Positions 56,384 through 64,000 of a stretch of 64,000 nt of DNA are shown one piece after another. Below the pieces are notes generated by a model. That model had not been told where the DNA came from and did no database searches. It saw only the letters and a program-made list of their open reading frames with translations. How positions within the stretch are numbered: position 1 is the stretch's first letter; every line of letters begins with the position of its first letter. A program made the position numbers and the translations under genes. Origin of the DNA: Eledone cirrhosa (taxonomy: Eukaryota); assembly GCA_964016885.1 (NCBI GenBank), contig OZ024740.1:129146001-129210000 (forward strand), written 5' to 3'.

Positions 56384-56456
<73 letters not shown>

Positions 56457-59400
56457 GTATATGTATATATATATATATTAGTGCTTCATACTTTTTCAAG
56501 AAAACTGCTTTTTTGCATTAACTCACAGATATCTGAAATAAACTATTCACATAACTCTAATATGTATTATATTTGTTTGTATTATTATCTACTCATATCA
56601 ATATTGCCGCACAGATATTCCTTCTTTTGTATGGACTCGTGTATCATTGGCAATACTCCGTTTTGATATCTGATATTTACTGTCTGTTAATTAGATACCA
56701 TTCTGGATTTTCTTTTACAACTTTAAACATATAACTCGCATAATTAGATCGATTTACTAATTTATACTTTCGTCAAATAATTGTCATAATAGAATGTGTC
56801 GAACTACTTTTCTAACTTCGAGGAATTCTATGAAGGTTTTACTTGGGGCACATTTCTGAAAGATGTGTGACAATGGCGTACGATTCAATAGAAGGAAGAT
56901 TTTCTCATTCTGTTAAGACCTCTTTATGTTCTCAAATCTTTTAATTTTCTATTATATTTTGACCTGACATTTCCAAAATATTATAATTATTCCTACAAAT
57001 CGCAACATTCATTTTTTTTAGGTTTGTTAGTTTTCAGACATTTTTAATTCCTATGTGATATATTGTATATGTCTATATTCTTCAATGTAATTTTCAATCA
57101 TATGCCATTATTAATTCCTTTGGATTGATCGTATGTAATTTTTCAATATACTGAGATATGTTTATGCATACTCAGCAAACATTAATATGTAATTAAGTAC
57201 TTCTAATTACAATGTGACAATTTATTCATATATTCACAAACAGACACCAACATACACACATATATGATGGCTGAGTATATGTGCATATTTTAATACTAAT
57301 TAACAGATAGTTGTAAATATTAAAATTCAAAGGTGAACAGACAATTTCTTTCGAGATACAACTGCATCAATTCTGATTCGCATATACATTCTAAAGTATA
57401 ATTATTTGTAAATGAATATAGTTTTAAACAGATATGCATATTCACAAATACACAGGGAAAAATACACTTATACACACACACATATTTATAGAGAGAGACA
57501 GACAGATGGATAGAGATATATATAGAGATAAAGAGAGCAAGATAAGTACTGAGAGGGGGTGAGAAAGCAAATAGCAATAAACAGAGCAGAATTAGTCATA
57601 ACATTTTCTAACATATTTTATTGAAGTTTGCTCTATGAGGAGAGTTCAAGTACGTGTCTAATAAAAAATTGTAACAATCCCGGCAAATTACTCCCGTCCA
57701 TATTTAGATTCAGAGTCGAAAAGGGCGGAATTTGTTCCTTCAATATACCCGATTAACAACATGCTTGGAAGCAGAAGGTCTAACAATATGAAACAAATTA
57801 TTTCATTGGCTTCTACTTGAAATAAAGGGAAGGTTTATGTAAATGAAGAGAGATAATGTGAAAATAATCTAATATTTTCAGCAAGTCTAGTCATACTTTT
57901 TCTTTGCATATTTCATGTTTATTTGGAAAATGGCGCTGTTCGGATATTTATTTTGAAATAATTTTCCAATATTCCAATCGCGGAAATCAACCAGAAAGAT
58001 ATCTATAATGTATAACTAAAGTAGGATTTAATAAATATATTTTATACAAATATTATGAGAAACCAATTGATCTCAGAGTCTTCACTATATGTCTTGGACA
58101 AGTATATTTACGGACAGATAAATATAATGTCTGCTGATTAATGGCTAATTAGCCGTGGAACGTGTATTCTCAATGTATTTATCATTTATGTTTGAGTGTG
58201 TGTGTGTGCACAAATAGAATACCAGAAGGTTTTGCTTTGTGCATAATGTTTTAAGATTATATTCAAATTCTATAAGCTATACCTACATTCAATTTATTTT
58301 AGTATTTCTAATTTACATTATATTGTGAATTAATAATAATATCACCATTTTTCCATATATATTGTGCTTTTGCAGTTGTGGTGGTGTAGCTGTTATTATT
58401 GTAGTTGGTGGTAATGGGGATTGTGCTGGTACTAGTTCTGTTGTTTTTTTCATTTGTTTTCGGCATTTTTGTTTTGTCCTTGTCAATGTGATAGCAGTAT
58501 CAATTTTTGTAAAAAAGAGAAGATAGTTTCATATATTCTCGTGTACCTTCTTCTATGTTTGTGTTTTTGCCGCTGGTGTAATTCTCTCTGCAATTTATTT
58601 GTTACATTCTGTTGACAGCCGGCTCTTCTGTCTTGCGAAATATATTCAGTGTTCACCATGTTATATTTCATAACCAATTTGGGATGCTTATTTGGAACAG
58701 AAACACAGATTTAGCCCGTTGATGAAAAACTAACAAGATTATAAAATAGGTTTAATTTTCTAACACATTTGCATTCACCGGAACAAGAAAATAAAACTAA
58801 CAAAGGAAAAAACCTACAACAATATTACCATCACCGTCACCATTGCTAACCCAACCAACAACAACTATTCGCTCACTATATACAGGGAAATTAAAATATA
58901 ATCTAGAAGTTACCTACGTTATAGAAACAAAAATATTTAAATAAGGAAAACTCGAAAGGAAATTATAAACATTATACAAATCTAGAAACATCCCAATATT
59001 CGCAGGATATGAATGAGGGAAAGCTGCCGCATGCAGAATATTCGGTACCGCTCAACAGGGTATAAGTAAAAGTAGTAAAGGAGGGTCAGGTTTTAATTGG
59101 ACAAGACTAATACTATAAAGAAAAAAAACAAGATAAATAAATATGCTAATATCAAGTGAATATAATATAATCAGCCTAAATGGAACAATGAACTTGATAG
59201 TTTCATGATATTCAGTGTTTAAAACGACAGCGTATTTACCTATAATTTGATTTTACTAACTAATACTGTTGCCGAGCCAACGCTGTAGCTACTACGTAGT
59301 TGCTTCGTCCGTTAGATATGGCACCCAAATCGTCCGCCCATGATATCTTGCCGCCTTAAAGAATGCATATGATATCATAGCCCAACATACCGTATATTTA

Positions 59401-60445
59401 GATTCAATCGTTACCGCTAGCAAACCTGTAAATATAGGTCTGTTCGATCAAGTATGATCTGGGGTGAAACAACAAGTATACTACAATGCGAGATCACTAA
59501 AATATTTATTGTTGAAAACTCAGTCAAATCCATATTTAACACAAAGTTATTTATTCTAATTATGAACATCCAGCATTTTTAGAGCTCTCTCGGCTGTGGA
59601 TTAAAATAGTGAGGATAGTACGGTAATCGTAAAGTTGGTAAGGTACAAATCGTAAGGTACATAAACAACTTTTGAAAAGAACCAAAACACAGCCGGGAGG
59701 TGGAGTATATGATTAAACATTTTGAGGTAAACACAATATAAGCCATTATAACATTAGAGTCAGGTAAATATTTTGTTTGACGTATGTTTGCTGAAAGATG
59801 AAACATACACTGTATAGCATATTAACTAATCAAAAATATAGACAGTCTCTACAGCTCCAAGTATGAAGTCATTGGCCAGTTAAAAGATGCCTGCTGGTTA
59901 TATTCGAAATCGATATTAGATTCATTTTAATCAATTCGAAATAAAGCCGTCTGGATAATGGAAAATTACAGGCTTAACCTACTCGATACCATTTTCATAT
60001 ATTCATATAAACCCAATCGCCCTATCAGTTTCAATATCTATCTATGCGTCCACATAATCAATATTTGTATACAGAATCACTAGCAGCATATATCCGGTAT
60101 CTCTCCCTCTATCTCTGTCTCTGTCTATATATCGGTGCGTCTGTCAGCCCGCCTTGCTCTCTAACTAACTGCCTATCGGCCTCTCTTTGAATGTGTATCT
60201 GTGTGTCGATCTAACTCCCTACCAACCTACCTACTTCCAAGATAATTATCTACTACCTCTCTACCCACCCACCTATTTACCAACATATCTATATATCAAT
60301 CTATCTGTCTATCCAGCTGACTGTTAATCTAAGCCAGTGTTGGTTTCTCTATTTAATATGCATCTAGATGTTTATTTCTACCAATTTTCCTTATATTGCA
60401 TAATTTCTTTCCATCACCTCTCACTCTCTCATATAGATATGTTTA

Positions 60446-60527
<82 letters not shown>

Positions 60528-60529
60528 CA

Positions 60530-60561
<32 letters not shown>

Positions 60562-60581
60562 TGTGTGTGCATGTGTGCGTG

Positions 60582-60620
<39 letters not shown>

Positions 60621-61629
60621 GTGTGTTTGCGTGTGTGTATTTGTGTATGTGCCTGTGTGTGTATTCATGCACGTGACTATGCAAGAACATTGGTTATGTG
60701 CACATATGTTCGATTCGAATTGTATATTTATTTATGTATCAATATTTCTTTGTATCAATATATCTTTCCCCGTCTCCAAATCTGTCTTATATTTCAATAC
60801 CTTTTTTCTCTCCGATTGGGTGTTGTTTTTTTTTCTATAAAGCTTACCATAATAAAAACCATAATATCAGCTTTTTCCTATAACAAACAAAATAAACCGC
60901 ACACGGATGTCACTGATTCTTTTGGGGGACAATTGTCTGGAAACCTATTTTTTTTAAAATATGCTTGAGTAGTTGCATTTTGCTGTGGGTGAGTACTAAA
61001 TAAGCATACCCAATGTTAAATACATTTCAATCATGAGCATCCATTATTATTTTAAGTTAGTATAGGGTGACATATCCTCACCTTTTGTTCAATTTTGAAT
61101 AAAGTTTGAGGGGAATTTGCTTAGTTAGTTATACGTAGGAGTGTTAAAAACAGATCTATATATTATAGATATGTCCTCTAAAACTCAGACATCGTTTTAA
61201 AAACCTGTATCTTACAACCATAATGAGGCCTTTAGTGTTAAACAAGGTGGGAAGCCAGGAAAATAGTTGAACAGAAATATTTATACGGACATGAGTTCTT
61301 GTATTTGAACACGTATTAAACAAAATTTTAAATACTCACTGAGACTATACAATTGTGTTAAGAAGTGATCGCTTTGCAGATTTCTTTTATATTGCTTTGG
61401 CTTCCTATGATACGCCCTTAAACATTGACAATTATTACTGTTAAAAATTAATGAAATGTAACGTTAAAAAATAATCGTAATCTTTCTACCTGCATATTTT
61501 CTTTTAGTACTCTAATTGTTCTTATAACTCAAATTAACTTTACAGAATGTGTTAATCCCCATTATACTACTATAATATAAATATTAATGAAGTGGTTTAC
61601 ATGATTATGGATCTAAATGCCGCAGTGCC

Positions 61630-61814
61630 TGGTTTAGCGGTATCGGTAGATGGTCGGATGCCATGCTTTCACGCATAGACTTACGGCCCTTGCCATTCTG
61701 ACTTCAGATCCCGCCGAGGTTAACTTTGCCTTTCATCCTTACGGGGTCGATAAAATAAAGTACCAGTAATGCACTGGGGTAATTGCTGGTCTTGTGCCAA
61801 AAGTAGAAACAATT
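61630..61814 (+). mobile_element. tRNA-derived SINE
   Basis: Family match. Confidence 0.9.
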
Positions 61815-61873
61815 ATTATTGAAACTGATATATCTGCACTTCATCTCATTCCATTGATGTGGCAGGTAATATA

Positions 61874-62059
61874 ATTGTTTCTACTTTTGGCACAAGGCCA
61901 CCAATTATCCAGTGCATTACTGGTACTTTATTTTATCGACCCCATAAGGATGTAAGGCAAAGTTATCCTCGGCGGGATTTGAACTCAGAATGGCAAGGGC
62001 CGTAACTCTATGCGTCAAAACATGGCGTTCGACGCTCTACCGATACTGCTAATCCACCA
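61874..62059 (-). mobile_element. tRNA-derived SINE with TSD CAGGTAATATAAT
   Basis: Family match; direct repeat at ~61863 and ~62060. Confidence 0.9.
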
Positions 62060-62866
62060 CAGGTAATATAATGGCATTGTAATAGTTTATTAACACATTA
62101 AAGAGTGCTGGCAATCCCAGCGCTCCATTTGTTAACAATTCCCATTATGAGAATATACTATCTTTATAAAAGTGAGATAGGATCAATTCAGATATTCTAT
62201 ATTTTCTATGGATTGCAATATGCCCAATTCCTTTGCAGTTAAACAAATAATAGCGTGTAAATTCAAGGGAGGCGTTATTCGACGTATTGTATTCGTGGTT
62301 TTCTTTTTAATGTAGGTTGGATTCTTCAAATAAAATGATAGGATAGCCATATTTCTGGAAACAAATCATAATATTCCGTATTGAAGAATATGAAACACAT
62401 TCCATGTATAATAAAATCTGCTTTCGCCACGAATATATCTTTTATTTAATATGTTATATTGTGAATATTTCGTTGATAATGTAATATAAGTGTAGTTCAT
62501 TCCGTCCATTAGATTCTACGATATCCTTTTAATGAATCAATAAAATTCTTGAATTTCTGAATCAGGACGAATTTAAATGTCCTTGCGTTAAAATGTTGAT
62601 TTTCTTGAAATTACGAAACTGCTTTAATATGATGAGAATTTATGACATTGTAACAGAATAGCATCCATAGACGAATTCCCATTTAAAGATATATATATAT
62701 ATAGAGAGAAAGAGACAGTGAAGAAATAAAGAGAAATTAAATGACTACATATAAACTGTTTGACACCTAGATCTGTATAATATTCTCTATCACCCCATAA
62801 GTTGACCAAGCTTTATAAGAGCTAATTAATTAGTGTTTATGTTTGCAAGTAACCTGTTATAATAAA

Positions 62867-63209
62867 TGTTTCTACTTTTGGCACAAAGCCAGCAATTATT
62901 CCAGTGCATTACTGGTACTTTATTTTATCAACACCGTAATGATGAAAGGCAAAGTTAACCTCGGCGGGATTCGAACTCAGACCATAAAGGGATGTAATTT
63001 AGTGCTGCAAAGCATGACGTCCAACCCTCTAGCGATACTGCCAATCCAATGCTTGCTATAATAACGGTTTCTTATATAGGCACAAGACTATCAATTTTGG
63101 GGAGGGGAAAGTAATTTAAATCGACTCTAGTGAATTACTGGTACTTTATTTTGTCGACCCCGTAAGGATGAAAGGCAAAGTTAACCTCGGCGGGATTTGA
63201 ACTCAGATC
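62867..63209 (-). mobile_element. Two adjacent SINE copies (62867-63048; 63068-63209, variant 3' end)
   Basis: Family core in reverse twice; the second has a different 3' segment and TATAATAACG flanking repeat. Confidence 0.82.
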
Positions 63210-63429
63210 TTCTATAATAACGATATGAAATTAGGTTTAGATATTTCAGATGTTAGCACAACAGACAGACTACAGTAATTTTTAATATCGTAAATACCAT
63301 ATATATATATTGATGCTGCTCATGGTACATGTGTACGATATGTATGATTGCATATATATATATATATATATTAATGAGAGGAATTCCAACTTTGTCTGAT
63401 TTACTCGTTTTATTTACAATCCTTTAAAA

Positions 63430-64000
63430 TATATAATGGTATTATAATGAAATATTATGATAGCATATTAAATTCTAAGTGTTAATTGAACAAGTACTTT
63501 CATGCTTTCGCAATCTTCAGGTTCATAATATGTGGTGACAGTCGAGTTTGCAATTTTCAACTGTAATAAGATGGCTAAATTTCCTACCTTTATACATTTT
63601 TTACAGAGAAAAGTTGCTCCAGAATACTAAGCCCTGTAAACTGTATTTCGACCAATCAGTGTGTAGTTTCACTGAATTACTAAAGCTGATTGGTTTAAGC
63701 GTCACGGCTGGTTGAGCATGCTAACGACCAATGATCATATCCAAATCATCAATTGTTTTGCTATGTTTAGAAATGATGAAAATAGCATTTTCTATTAATC
63801 ATCACCATCAACATCACTTTTATTATTATTATTGTTGTTGTTGTTGTTGTTGTTGTTAGTGGTCGTGGTCATAGTGGTAGTAGAAGTAATACCCCTAAAC
63901 GTCATTATTGTTCATTTAGCTTGGGTTTGAATTTATCAATAACATTCTTTTCTTTGATTTTTCTCTTGATTTCACTTGGGCTGTGTAATTTGTAGAATGG
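63430..64000 (-). mobile_element. 3' end of the same PLE family as 34895-36040, runs off window
   Basis: Reverse complement matches 35440-36040 (..VIDKFKPKLNEQ* then pLTR). Confidence 0.82.
63487..63525 (-). ncRNA. Minimal type I hammerhead motif
   Basis: tgaac-CTGAAGA-ttgc gaaa gcat-GAAA-gtac-TT-gttca. Confidence 0.75.

Larger units (their letters stand above)
48535..56389 (+). mobile_element. Apparently intact Naiad-type Penelope-like retroelement with long inverted repeats
   Basis: Uninterrupted RT + GIY-YIG ORF; 48535-50423 is the reverse complement of 54368-56252; HHR in each arm; (TA)n at both outer ends. Confidence 0.88.

Overview
AT-rich, repeat-dominated animal genomic DNA with no recognisable host gene. 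Coleoid cephalopod (probably Octopus) is an inference from the tRNA-derived SINE family and the extreme (TA)n/(CA)n load. 1-13 kb: strictly alternating array of minus-strand Tx1/L1-type LINEs and plus-strand R4/Dong-type LINEs, each junction an (AAT)n tract. 13-64 kb: SINEs, non-autonomous Helitrons, an RTE derivative, and many Penelope-like (PLE) sequences sitting in (TA)n tracts. Read by eye, the window holds about 16 type I hammerhead ribozyme (HHR) motifs in about 9 sequence families. They occur in (i) an intact Naiad-type PLE (RT + GIY-YIG ORF) bracketed by ~1.9 kb inverted repeats that each carry an HHR, (ii) a non-coding 3 x 467 bp tandem array with one HHR per unit (retrozyme-like), (iii) four small palindromic HHR mini-elements, and (iv) non-autonomous PLE derivatives. 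All structures were read manually; no alignment, folding or database search was run, and coordinates may be off by a few bases.
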